DNA of 64,000 nt from Mobula hypostoma (taxonomy: Eukaryota): NCBI RefSeq assembly GCF_963921235.1, contig NC_086118.1, positions 15,936,001-16,000,000 on the forward strand. Direction: 5' to 3'. Positions 24,974 through 37,129 of this stretch are shown piece after piece. The position numbers were made by a program, and so were the translations under genes. Within the stretch, counting starts at the first letter, position 1; each line of letters begins with the position of its first letter. Under the pieces are notes generated by a model, which was not told where the DNA came from, ran no database searches, and saw nothing but the letters and a program-made list of their open reading frames with translations.

Positions 24974-25388
24974 AAATCGGGGATTTCTATGCGGCGAATT
25001 TTTAAATGGCCGTCACATTGAAGGTACCGTCCATCACTAAATAATAAATGAAATGATATGCACGATGAACTTGTAACCGGTAGGTTATGTGTTGATGGGA
25101 CACGTTGCTTTCTTTCCTCGCTTCCGTTATGTCGGTTGCGCGTGTTATTGGGAAAATATTTACCGCTGTTGCGTGTATCCATATTTGAAAAATTGAAATA
25201 CCCTTAATAACAGGTTAGGCGTGAAGGCAGCAGTCAATGTTTTCCCATGTACTAAAACTATTTCTAAATATATAGACCTGGCGTGCAACTTAAATGTCGA
25301 CCTTCATTTTACTGATGGTTTGAGCATAAAGAGGTAATGTAACTAGTTGAAATTAATTCCCAGTGCTGTGATGTCGGCAAGGTGTGAA

Positions 25389-25403
25389 TCAGTAGAGGGC
25401 ACT
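25389..25403 (+). promoter_or_regulatory. CTCF-like motif
   Basis: tCAGTAGAGGGCACt resembles the CTCF core CCAGCAGAGGGCGC. Confidence 0.45.
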
Positions 25404-26727
25404 TCAATCGTTTGTTAGCACCAGCAACTCAGACACGCTCAGTTTCATGGGGCTGCGCCAACTAGGACTGTTAACGGAGACTTTGAAGATGCAAGGACCT
25501 TAAAAGGAATCTGGAAGATTAATAGGCACAAAAACAAGAGCCTCGGGGATCAGCCCTATCACGTGGAGTGTCTAGACTTGCGAAGCTTCCGGTTTGCTGA
25601 ATCTCATAGGAAAATAATGGAAACGGGGTTATGTATGAAATATATCACGTAGCTGAAAGTGTTCGGGACATTTTCTGTATTGATCTTGCAATTAAATTGT
25701 TTATATTATTAGTTAATCGCAGTTTGAAGTCCGTCGGCACAAAACTCAGCTCAATCAAAGACGAGCAGCCGACAGCGTTTTTACTTCGGACTTCAAGCAG
25801 CAGTTTTGAACAAGTCAATTAATCCGCTTGTTTTACTCTTCCCCCTGCGGGATATTTACTGCTCTAATTGTGATGCGAAGAATGTAGCAGGACTGTGCCT
25901 CGGTCTCATCTCATGTCAAATTTGTGAATGAGCGCGGTTTGCCAGAGCAGCCTCAGGGAACGACTGCAACGTGTAGAAGCTAACACGGACATGTAATCAT
26001 TATACCACCCAAGGGACACTGCTCATTTATTTTTGCGCCATAAGACTATTTCCACATTCAAATCTCTTGCGATGCTTAGGAGAATGAGCTAGGAATGGCT
26101 GAAGCATATGATAAACTGTAGATGTTGAAAATATGAAGTAAAAAAACGCTGGAAAACAGCCCGTGCGGGAAGAGAAACAAGACGGTCTTTATCCGAAGGG
26201 AAGACGCAGTGGTCAGAACAGCGGGAATATATGTGATGGGTGAATGCGCGTCTCACCCCACCTTTGTTCCTCCTCCGCCCTCTTGGCAACTTAATACTAA
26301 CTTGTTTTCTCTTTCACGGTTCTAACGACGAGTGCTTCCGGTGTTTTCCGCAAGCGGTTGTAAACTTACCGCCAGGAGCGCTAGGCAGTGATATTTGTAC
26401 CGAGCGCAGTAAATGAGCGCCGTTATTTATTTCTATTGACCAACCTGGTGCACTTAAATTGTAAATATTCCTTTTGTTGGCTCCAGTGAACAACTGGTGA
26501 TTTAAATACTGAACATAAGAGTTATAACCTTATACTTGTACTTTGTCACAGCATTAAGTTCTGTGAACATAACCTGGACGTCTGCGTGAAAAGTTTCCAG
26601 CTATTTCTTATGGAATACGATGCACGGTTTGGCGTTAACTATCAGCAATAAGGGCTGCCTGCCAGACTATTTCCAATTTTTTGATGTATTTTTTATCTAG
26701 TCGGTTTTGTGTAATTGGAAGTAGCCA

Positions 26728-26870
26728 GGCGCAGTGGTGTAACTAACGGAGCCGCTCCCTACCAGACGGCCCTGGTTTAACCCTAACCTCTGCGGTCAGT
26801 GTAGTTATGCGTTTTTATTCCCCCGTTTCAATAAAGTGCAGGTTGGTAGGTTAATTGCCTAGTGTGAATC
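26728..26870 (+). mobile_element. Degenerate V-SINE
   Basis: tRNA-like head and ggttggtaggttaattg tail shared with the other SINE copies. Confidence 0.55.
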
Positions 26871-27728
26871 ATGGGGTGAGGTGATTATAATGGGGAAGGG
26901 AGAATAAAAACTTAAATTTATGTTGGATTAGTGTAAACATGTATGTTCTTTGAGTGCGGATTCTGTACCTCATGCACGGCTCTACGATGATTTACGAACT
27001 GTTTATCCGGCGAGCGGATTACTTTACTACACTTCTGTCCAAGAATGTTCAGGTGCTGAGGTTGTACTGTTTTCAATACATTTAGTAAAATTACCAACAA
27101 TTCGTCTTTAGTTTGTCGTTTATTAAGTGCCGTGTCGTATGACGTGACCGATCGCGACCTTTCCGTGACCATGATTGTTCTTGGATTTTTTTTCTACAGA
27201 AGTGGTTTGTCATTGCCGCCTTCTGCGTAGTGACTTTACAGGCCGAGTTAAACCACCACTCCCCTCCACCCCCCAGCCATTATCAATACTCTTCAGAGAT
27301 TGTCGGCCTGGCGTTAGGGCTTCTGATATGAATCTGTTCATACGACCACCAACCACCTGTTCCCATGGCTTCACATGACCCTGATCGGCGGTGGGATGGG
27401 GTGCTACGCCTTGCCCTAGGGTGACCTGCAGGCTAGCGCCTTCCATCTCCACTCCGTCACCCCGTTAAGTTTATAGCCCTCGCCTCGTAGATAATTTTCC
27501 TGTTAGAAGGCAGCAATTTGTGGTTTTTCCTGCTCCAGTGTTACCAACGATTCCAATCTTCTTAAAGAAACACACACAGCTTGATTTTTGTCATGGAAAA
27601 TACTTTATTATCACTACTTACCTTTTCCTCCTGTCCTTCTGCACTTGGCCAGAAAAAGCAGGTTAGTAACACACATCAAAGTTGCTGGTGAACGCAGCAG
27701 GCCAGGCAGCATCTCTAGGAAGAGGTAC

Positions 27729-27764
27729 AGTCGACGTTTCAGGCCGAGACCCTTCGTCAGGACT
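27729..27764 (-). ncRNA. Minimal type I hammerhead ribozyme
   Basis: AGTC-CTGACGA-AGG GTCTCGG CCT-GAAAC-GTC-GACT: helix I AGUC/GACU, core CUGANGA, helix II AGG/CCU, GAAA, palindromic ACGU helix III, GUC cleavage triplet. Confidence 0.8.
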
Positions 27765-28051
27765 AACTGAAGGAAGCGTTAGTAAGAGATTTGAAAGTGG
27801 GAGTGGGAGGGGGAGGGGGAGATCCAAAATGATAGGAGCGGGAGGGATGGAGCCAAGAGCTGGACAGGTGATTGGCAAAGGGGATATGAGAGGATCATGG
27901 ACCAGGAGGTCCGGGGAGAAAGACGGGGGGGGGGACCCAGAGGATGGGCAAGGGGTATAGTCAGAGGGACAGAGGGAGAAAAAGGAGAGTGAGAGAAAGA
28001 ATGTGTGTATAAAAATAAATAACGGATGGAGTACGAGGGGGAGGTGGGGCA

Positions 28052-28513
28052 TTAGCGGAAGGAAGAGAAGTCGATGTTCATGCCATCAGGTTGGAGGCTA
28101 CCCAGACGGAATATAAGGTGTTGTTCCTCCAACCTGAGTGTGGCTTCATCTTTACAGTAGAGGAGGCCGTGGATAGATATGTCAGAATGGGAATGGGATG
28201 TGGAATTAAAATGTGTGGCCACTGGGAGATCCTGCTTTCTCTGGCGGACAGAACGTAGGTGTTTAGCAAAGCGGTCTCCCAGTCTGCGTCGGGTCTCGCC
28301 AATATATGGAAGGCCACATCGGGAGCACCGGACGCAGTAAATCACCCCAGCCGACTCACAGGTGAAGTGTCGCCTCACCTGGAAGGACTGTCTGGGGCCC
28401 TGAATGGTGGTAAGGGAGGAAGTGTAAGGGCATGTGTAGCACTTGTTCCGCTTACAAGGATAAGTGCCAGGAGGGAGATCAGTGGGGAGGGATGGGTGGG
28501 GACGAATGGACAA
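28052..28513 (-). CDS. Penelope GIY-YIG endonuclease domain (partial ORF)
   Basis: PGTYPCKRNKCYTC..FTCESAGVIYCVRCSRCGLPYIGETRRRLGDRFAKH..VATHFN..EEQHLIFRLGSLQPDGMN. Confidence 0.9.
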   Translation of the reverse strand: MSIRPHPSLPTDLPPGTYPCKRNKCYTCPYTSSLTTIQGPRQSFQVRRHFTCESAGVIYCVRCSRCGLPYIGETRRRLGDRFAKHLRSVRQRKQDLPVATHFNSTSHSHSDISIHGLLYCKDEATLRLEEQHLIFRLGSLQPDGMNIDFSSFR

Positions 28514-29344
28514 GGGAGTCGCGTAGGGATCGATCCCTGCGGAAAGCAGAGAGAGGTGGGGAGGGAAAGGAGTGCTTCGTGGTGGGATCCCGTTGGAGGT
28601 GGCGGAAGTTACGGAGAATTATATGTTGGACCCGGAGGTTGGTGGGGTGGTAGGTGAGGACCAGGCCTCGGTGTGGCGATCAATCACATTTCCCGCGCCC
28701 CCGTTGTTTAAAGACGGGGGAGCATTCTGTTCGGAAATACAATGAAAGCAGGGAATACGCTCAGCACATCAGGCTGCGCCTGTGGGGGGGGGGGGTGAAT
28801 GGATTATCTCCCGTCAGATGGTCTTACGTTGCAAAAATCTTTCTCAATTGATGTCTGTTCTGCTAAGTGTTTCCAGCATCCTACAGCTCCTGTATCTATC
28901 ACAAACGACACGGCGGTCACACTCCACTTGACCACTTCACAGTATTTACTGCTAATTCAGGTTTAAGGACAGAGAATCCTTTCGCCAAAACCTTGTGGCT
29001 GTTCCCTAGCATATTGCCTGGGCCTTAATTGGTGCTAATGACTAGAACACGTTCCCATATTTTAGTAAATACTTAACAGAACGTACCGAAACTGGGCTTG
29101 GTGAGATGTAAACTTGCTCATGCAATCAATAGGTTAAGCTGCAGTGAAGCTAACATATAGGACAAAGATTTTTCAGACAGATTGGACGTAGACCTGCCTG
29201 TTAACGTCTTATAAACTAACCATGGCCGTAACAAGGATGACATATTTCCAAAATGCAAGGTCAGAGAGTAGTAGCAGGAGGTGGTTTGGAGACGATAAAC
29301 TGGCCGACGGAGGTGAAGGTTATTTTGTACCTTGAATTCAAAGA

Positions 29345-29600
29345 ACTATTTATCGGTACAGCGCCAGCCAGCATCCCGCCGATACTGTATAACCCCAACC
29401 CAATCAGGGGACAATTTGTAATGGCTAATTAACCTACTAACCGGTACGTCTTTGGGCGGAAACGGAAGCGCCCAGAGAAAACCCGTGCCCACACGGCAAG
29501 GAACATGGAATAGAAACTTGCTTGCAGTGGACGCCGGAATTGAACTCCGACCTGCCGAGCTGTAATAGCGTCGCGCTAAGCTGATCGCCACGCTACCGAG
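29345..29600 (-). mobile_element. V-SINE with CpGs retained
   Basis: Minus strand head cggtagcgtggcgatcagc..gagttcaattcc; body gggttttctctgggcgcttccgtttcc..ccaaagacgtaccggttagtaggttaatt. Confidence 0.8.
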
Positions 29601-29719
29601 GTCCCCCTAACTGTTTTATGTTTAAAACAAATCTGAGGTAACAACGGAACGATCACTTGGGTGTAACCGCTAGTTTCTCTGGTCTCAAATGGTAAGAGAC
29701 TGTAGATATAGAGAATCTA

Positions 29720-29825
29720 GAATTAAATGCTGGAACCACTCGGTATGCAATGCGGCATCTGTGAAAAGCTAAACAGTCGACGTTTCAGGCCTGGAACCCT
29801 TCAACAGAACTGGGGAAGAGAGAAA
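29720..29825 (-). mobile_element. Penelope terminus with core-mutated hammerhead (29774-29812)
   Basis: CAGTT-CTGTTGA-AGGGTTCCAGGCCT-GAAAC-GTC-GACTG. Confidence 0.7.
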
Positions 29826-30502
29826 ACATAATCAGTAAAGAGTGTCATTAAAACTTTGAGCCCAGAGGCTCCAATCGAACAGTGCCGATGGACCTTTCTA
29901 GCCGGGATATCCGGGTGTTGTCGGAGTCCCTGCTGTAACAGTGTGACTGCAGAGAAGATGCCCGGCTTTCCTAGTAGCCGAGCCTTAACAGCAATGAACG
30001 GCGAAACGGTGAGGGGTTTAGCTGTGGGGCGTGCTGAACTTCAGCAGTGGTGTAAACTAGCAGCATTAGAGCACTTTTCCACAGAATGAAGCTTTCTTAT
30101 ATTGAAATACCACGGTCCTCGGATGCAGACCTGCATCGGGACCATGCGCTGAACCCGCAAAACCAAATCTGTTGATCGGCAGGGACTTGGCTTGCCGCGT
30201 TTCCAGGCGTTAGTTGGATGTTTAAAATTTTCCCGCGGCTTTTGAAATGTTCATGAAGTGTTTAAATGAAAGCAACGTCCTTAACGAATCGTACTGCAAA
30301 CGGTTTTCAATATTCCCCTTTAACTATTGGCGGCTAAACGGTCGACATTCCATTACCGAAACAATGACCAAGCATCCGGAGGGCGATGTAAAGCACCGCC
30401 GGTAGTAATAATGTTCGTCAGTTTCATCAGATGCCAACGAGGGGGTCTGTACCGCTAAAGTCGTGATTTACGTTATTTCTGAGGTATCAAGGGACTCCTT
30501 AC

Positions 30503-30760
30503 CTTTCTATAACTCAACAGCGTTATCGAGGACTTCCCCGATTCAATTTCTGAAAGCCAGATAACGCCACATATTTTTCCAGAACGGTCAGACACCACTG
30601 ACCCCCGCCCCTTCAAAACCATCCCGCAGCTGCATTCGTTCTCTTCACTTCCTCGAAGTACTGTCAACTCCGGAAAACCGCGCACACCCATTAAAACCCA
30701 ATGAAGTACTTTTTAAAAGAGCGGTCCGTGTGAAAGATCCGCTGATTATAATAATCGCCA
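30503..30760 (-). promoter_or_regulatory. Candidate promoter and first exon
   Basis: GC box ccccgcccc 30603-30611, ETS-like cacttcct and ccggaa, donor AAAG|gtaagg at 30503/30502, at the edge of the CpG-rich domain. Confidence 0.35.
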
Positions 30761-31261
30761 GCTTCCACAAACAACGAATTGAAAAGGTATAGTCTTCAGA
30801 GAAAATAAGTAGGGGGAAAGAGGTTGCTCTAAGCACTGTAATAGATTCAAAGGGCCGCATCGGGAAAATACAATAATGTGTTTTTGTGATGTGAAAATTG
30901 GGAGATACATGAACTTCAGAATAATGCTGATTTTTTAAATACTACAATTGAAATTTCTACATTGGCCTGAGGGAATGGAATAGAAGGGGCAAGAATCCTA
31001 ATTAATGTTTCAGTTCAATGAACTTTTATCAAAAGTTGGAAAAGATAGAAATCAGGGATGTTTAACTTGTAGAGGAGGGGTGAAGAGAATAGGTGGGATG
31101 GAATATTTGTTGAGGAAAGTTGTGTCTGTGTAGTCAACAATGTTAAAAGAGTCAAATAAAAACCCTATCACAGAGAGGAACAAATTTTCTCAGTGAACAT
31201 TCCTAAGAAAGAGCTGAATAGTGACTATGATGAAAAATACTGCAGATGCTGAAAATCTGAA

Positions 31262-31565
31262 AGAAAACCAGAGGGTGTGCGTTTAAGGTGAGAGGGGAGC
31301 AAGTAGGCTCAGAGGACGTGTGTGGGGCTTTTTTTTTACACAATGAGTGTTGGGTACCTAGAATGTGCTGATAGGGGTTGGAGGCAAATATGACAGAGAC
31401 ATTCAAAAGGCTCTTCGATAGGCACGTGAATGCGCAGGGAATGGAAGGATATGGACATTATGTAGACAGAAGGGATTCGCTGAGTTGGGTATTTGATTAC
31501 TAATTATTTCAACACAACTTTGTGGACCAAAGGTACTGTTCCTATGCTGTATTGATCGCTGTTCT
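31262..31565 (+). mobile_element. CR1 3' fragment
   Basis: TRGCAFKVRG-type remnant plus CR1 3' UTR. Confidence 0.7.
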
Positions 31566-32634
31566 TAAACAGACAATGTTGGATCGACTTAAGATTTTTG
31601 GGGCTTTTAACATTTTGTAATTTTGACAAAAGTCACTGACCTTAAAGATAAACTTTATTTCTCTTCCACACTGCTGCATATTTCCAGCACTTTGTTTTAA
31701 TTTATATTTTGATTCATATTCTGTTTCAATTTTAAATTGGAAGGGCTATCAATCTAATTTCTAATTGAAAGACAAACATTCAACAGTTCACAACAGTACA
31801 ATGAAATAACAGCCACTGGCGTGTACTGAACACACACCTCTGACTCGGGCACGAATGCTACAAACACAGCCACAGATGACACCATCAGCTCAACTGCATT
31901 ATTAAAGTATTGTAAAATAAAGATACACAATGTGATAGATGTGATCTATCCTTGCTTATCGTGCTCCATCTGTGCTATTGGTAATCACACCACTTACTGG
32001 ATGGGATCACACACTCTTGGCTTTATTTTTATCAGTCTAGTCCTGGTCACAGAATTGTCTGCAGTGGTTCCTGCCCTTTCTCTCCTACTCATCAGCAACA
32101 TGATAGTGCCAATGTCCTCTTGTGCATGGATGACATGTGGATCTGCCTCATCTCCTGTGCTGTTACACTGTTTTATCCATCACTCCAGGAAACATAGTGA
32201 AGAAAAAGCCATTGTCTTTCATGGCTGCTTCTAACTCTGTTGCCTTACCATTGCTCCTATCCTCACAGCCACGTCTCACGGAATACTGATCCCATTTCCC
32301 AGCAATAAATCCTTAGCCTTCTTTGCTGTTGATGTTTCAAATGTTCATCTGAATATTTCTTAAATATCTTGAAAATATTTACCTCCTCCATCCCCTCAGG
32401 CAATGAGTTAGGGGTTCCAACAGTTCTCAAATTCAAATCCGTTCTAAATCCACTCCCTTACCTTAATCCTCTGATCATAGACACCTCTGTAAAAGGACCA
32501 TGTTCCCCATTGTCTATCTGATCTATGCCTTTCATAATTTTGTATATATCATTCTGGCTCTGAGCTTGGTCTTCTCAACTCCAAAGAAAGCAAGCCCAGC
32601 CTGACTGATCTCTCCTCACAAAACAAGCAATTCA

Positions 32635-33290
32635 ATATAAGACTATAGGAGCAGAACTAGGCCATTCAGCCCATTGAGTCTATCTTTCTATTCCTCCTTG
32701 GCTGATATATTATCCTTCTCAACCCCATTCTCCTACCTTTTCCCGTAACTTTTGATACCCATATTAATTAAGCACCTATAAGTCTTGGCTTTAAATATGC
32801 ACAATGATTTGGCCTCTACTGCCATCTGTGACAATGAATTCCATAAACTCACCATCCTCAGGCTAAAGAAATTCCTCCTCATCTCTGTTCTAAAAAACGT
32901 TCTTCTATTCTGAGGCTATGCCCTCTGGCCCTAGTCTGTTCCACTAAAGGAAGTGTCCTCTCCACACTCTGTCTATTGAGGCCTAAAAACATTCTGTAGT
33001 TTTCACTGAGATTATCCCTCCCCCCCCCCCACCTCATTCTTCTAAACTCCAGCAAGTACGGGCCCAGAGCCATCAAGTTAGCTTCACTAATTAACTCTTT
33101 CATTCCCTGCATCAATCTTGTGATCTTTGTCTGGACCCCCTCCAATGCCAGCGCATCCTCCCTTAGATTAAGGGCCCAAAACTGCTTACAATACTCCAAG
33201 TGCAGTCTGACCAATGCCTTGTAAAAGGTCATCATTGCATCCCTGCTCTTATATTCCAGTCATGTCCAAATCAATGCTGAAGATATCTTG
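32635..33290 (-). mobile_element. CR1 3' fragment inside an older CR1 remnant (about 32350-33360)
   Basis: ORF 32879-33235 (YKALVRLHLEYC); tail ataagactataggagcag. Confidence 0.85.
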
Positions 33291-34335
33291 ATGAATCTCC
33301 TTTGCACTTACCCAGTGCAATCATATCTTTCCTGTATTTCTGCAACCAGAACTACACACTTCCCCCTGCCAACTGTTTGTGACTGAACCAGATTGTTCAC
33401 AGTTTTAAAGCCATACTTGATTCTGGATGAGATTTAAACATCCAAAACATTATAACAATGCTCATTTATTATCACCTGAATCAGCCTTGCCTCAATCCAT
33501 CTGCTAGAGAAACACCCATTTATGCTCTTGTCACCCCTTGACTTCAAGGTTCTAACACATTTCTAGCTAACTTCCCTCATCCTATTCTCCATAAACCTCT
33601 GGTCACCCAAAACTATGCATTTCACTCATAGTTCCAATGCTTACTTGGTTTATGGCTTATGTTCAAGCAATGCTGAATTAAATATTCCTGGCCTGCTGAG
33701 TTCCTCCAGCATTCTGTGTGTGTTGCTTAGACTTCAGCATCTACAGATTTTCTCTTGTAATCATTTAGTGCTTATTCCTGCTAACTGTGTTGGCAGTACT
33801 CTTTTGGTGGCTGGTTAACCTTGAATTTTACTAGGGCACAGGAATTAATTAGTTCTCTTTTAATATTGAATTATTGAAAACAGATTAATAAATGACATAT
33901 CGGATGAAAGATCACACACTTGACTTCATTGTCTTTGAGTGGCAGATGATCTCATAACTTCCAATTTATTTTGCCACTTCTCCATTCTTGTAAAAGTGGT
34001 AATATAACTAATATTTTCTGCTGTCAGAGCTTTTTGATCAGAGAATTCATTCATGCAAACTTGGAGCAATTCCTGCCTCGCTTCACATCACATCACTGCC
34101 AAGAAGCCTTCCTTATTCTGTCACATTTTCTAACGTTAAAGTAATTTTGAAGTTGACATCAATATTAAAGTTAGAAGTGTTCAAAGCAGTTCAATTTAAC
34201 TGCAGCCAGGTACGAAGCCAAGAGGTTGTACATCAAAAGTAGTGTTGGACCTCTGGAAAAATAATGCACCATAATTTGCTTCCACCACTAACCAAACACA
34301 CTCACTGCTGATATAAAAACTGAGTACAGCCTTAC

Positions 34336-34375
34336 CTGCTACAGATGTACCAACATTGACTTGCAGGACCACGAA
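34336..34375 (-). other. Candidate 40-nt exon
   Basis: cattgtgcag|TTCGTG...GTAGCAG|gtaagg. Confidence 0.2.
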
Positions 34376-34714
34376 CTGCACAATGCAGTGAGGTCACAGG
34401 TGGGTAGCTGGGTGTCAGGAGGAGGGTGGGGATTTAATGTTAGGTGCATCAGTGAAGTGGGATGGGTGTTCAGAGAAAGCTATCCCATTGAAACAGTTTA
34501 AAAAAAAATTCAACAGTCAGCAAAGCTACAAAGGATTTTAAAGGCAAGTTATTTCACTGTTCAGTACTATTAAACAATCAGTAAATATTAAATATTCTTA
34601 AAATTGTTAAAGCACTCCTTCAAAGTTTAATTAAACTAAATTAATAACAAACACTGACATCACAGTTCAACAATTAAATACATTAAGTCAAGCCTTTAGT
34701 TAAAAAAAATGCCT

Positions 34715-35140
34715 TTGTGCTGCTCTTCTATAAATGAGGGGGAAGGGAAAAAAAGAGAATGACAAACCAACTAGTCTGACATCAGCAATAGGGAAACTGA
34801 TAGAAACTATTATTAAAGAAGTTGTACCAGGCAATGTATAAAATAATTAACAGGTTTGAAAAGAGTCAGAATAGACTTGTGAAAGGGAAATGAAGAATGA
34901 CAATTCTATTAAGGTTGGAACCAGCAGAATAGGACTGTTGGATCTAGTTGAATTTGAACTTCCAGAAGGTCTTTGATAAGGCATCAAATATCAAGCAAAT
35001 CCAGAGCATAGGATATTGGATGCAATATACTGGTATGGATTGAGTATTGGTTGTGGGACAGAGAGTAGGAATAAACAAGTTAATGTAGGGTTACGAGGCT
35101 ATGACTAATTGAATTCTGCGGGGTCTGATACCGAGCCTCC
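34715..35140 (+). mobile_element. Old CR1 RT fragment
   Basis: Degenerate PTSLTSAIGKLIETIIKE and FQKVFDK motifs. Confidence 0.6.
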
Positions 35141-35791
35141 GGTTCCAATGGCATAGGTTATCCAGGTTTGATTACAGTTCAAAACTAGTGATTTCAAGCT
35201 AAGTGTGAATGGATAAGGACATTAAAGATGTAATATAATGTGGAAAAATCAAAATGGATGATGTTACATCAAAAATCAATACTGCAGCTTTTGTTCCCAG
35301 CCTATTGCCTTTCCATAGAGCTTCAGTGGTGAAGAATAAAGTGTACTGTTAAAAACCTGACCACTACTGGCATAGCAAACTGCCCACAACCAATATTTAT
35401 TTTATTACTTATTTTCAGGAGTGGGCATTATTGTCGGGAAGGCTAACGTTTATTGTCCATCCCTCATTTCCCCTGCAATATCTTTTTTTTTGTCTCTATT
35501 TAGAATTACTGCATTTGTTTGCCATTTTTATCTGGAAGAAAACATGCATTTTCTTCAGCCTTCAACAAATATTCAGAATAGAATTAGAATCAATATACAT
35601 TGCTGTCCAAGCTCCATCCTAACTTATTTATATTTTTCACACAATAACCTTACCCACTGAAGAAAATACAAGAGGAGGGTAGACTGATTCCTATGGTGTA
35701 GGAGAAATCACCAGGAGCCAAAGTTATCCTTACAAACATCTGATGTAATAGCAGAAAAACATCAATAAATATAGCCTGGGTAAGCTCTTAC

Positions 35792-35828
35792 CTTCCAGCC
35801 AGGGGAAAAGTCTGAATCATGATGAAAC
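35792..35828 (-). other. Candidate 37-nt exon
   Basis: Long pyrimidine tract ttttattttctttcttctcctccttctgtttaag|GTTTCA...CTGGAAG|gtaaga. Confidence 0.4.
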
Positions 35829-36404
35829 CTTAAACAGAAGGAGGAGAAGAAAGAAAATAAAATCAAGCAGCTAACATTATAACTGAAGACATAAATCAGT
35901 ACTTGCTTTTTTTTAGAGAGTCAATAAATCTGTAAATACAAATACAACTTGCCATAGTGTCTGCACTTGATGCAAAATTTGAGAAGTTTATATTACATGC
36001 ATTATGAAATGAAATTTGTTGAACATAGATTCAAAACAAACATTTATTTTTGCATGCACTCCTAAAGCTGTAAACTTCACAGCATTGATATATGAATTTC
36101 AGTCATGAAATATATTCGGAGCTTATTACAACACTATAGTGCATTTGTCTGTTTTTGCTAATAAATACTATTCATTAGATAACTTATGGAACACAGAAAA
36201 CTTGCCATGTTGCAACAGAAGTTGAAATGCTGAGAATAGAGGAGAACAGATGCGAAGTTACTCCGTATGTACAGTAAGTAAATATTGCATGACATGGACA
36301 CAAGTAAAGTGCAGCCTTCTCATCTGCAAACCATCATCTTCTAAGGAATAAACTCCCACAAAAATTTCAAGACCTGATTATACATTTCATTTTACAGTAT
36401 ATTA

Positions 36405-36733
36405 TGCCATCTTGGTCAAGGTCTCCCATCCACTACATAATGTACTGGGTGGGCACAGGAGTACATTCAGCCAGAGACTCATTCCACCGAGATGCAGCAC
36501 AGAGCGTCATAGGAAGTCATTCTTGCCTGTGGCCATCAAACTTTACAACTCCTCCCTTGGAGGGTCAGACACCCTGTACCGATAGGCTGGTCCTGGACTT
36601 ATTTCATAATTTACTGGCATAATTTACATATTACTATTTAACTATTTATGGTTCTATTACTATTTATTATTTATGGTGCAACTGTAATGAAAACCAATTT
36701 CCCCCTGGGATCAATAAAGTATGACTATGACTA
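36405..36733 (+). mobile_element. Rex1/Babar-type LINE 3' end
   Basis: Reverse-complement match to 15400-15690; aataaagt(atgact)n tail. Confidence 0.8.
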
Positions 36734-37129
36734 TTACATTAATGATGTTTTTTAAAAATGCTTTAGATTTTGGTTGTGCCGAAATAGCAGATTTTTTGGA
36801 ATTCTGGGTGTGATTTCAGTTACACTCCTTAAAGTAACTTTTTTTAGATGTTACACAGTATACTGTAATAACCATTTCAATGAACCAGGAATATTGGAAG
36901 GAAGTGCAGAAACCAGAGCTCCAGTGAGTGGAAAGAGAGTGTGAAAACTGAAACCTGGGTAGGTGGGAAGGGAGTGGAACGGAAGCTCATGAACAGACGC
37001 ACATTTAGTGCAGGAAACATTACCTGGTGAGCCGGATACCAAAATATTGGCATCTCCCAGTTGTCTCCCAACAGATTATTGGGAGTTTTACTGCATGTGA
37101 ACCAACATCAATGAGAAATACCGTGCTGA

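Larger units (their letters stand above)
27666..28662 (-). mobile_element. Young 5'-truncated Penelope-like retroelement
   Basis: Open GIY-YIG endonuclease frame, C/T-rich 3' UTR, hammerhead-containing terminus. Confidence 0.93.
24830..30870. promoter_or_regulatory. CpG-rich (island-like) domain
   Basis: CG dinucleotides are visibly abundant relative to the CG-poor flanks; not computed. Confidence 0.65.

Noticed and set aside
30473..30691. ORF starting MGVRGF, resembling the N-terminus of ASTE1 or FAM120 PIN-domain proteins
   Set aside because: Similarity ends after six residues and no matching downstream exons were found
31932..32234. Hydrophobic 100-aa ORF as a membrane-protein exon
   Set aside because: Non-ATG start, no recognisable family motif and no convincing splice sites on that strand
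34336..35828. Joined candidate exons read FHHDSDFSPGWKFVVLQV, loosely like a PLAT-domain HDNSG.SP.W motif
   Set aside because: Too short, depends on unverified splicing, and no other PLAT sequence is nearby
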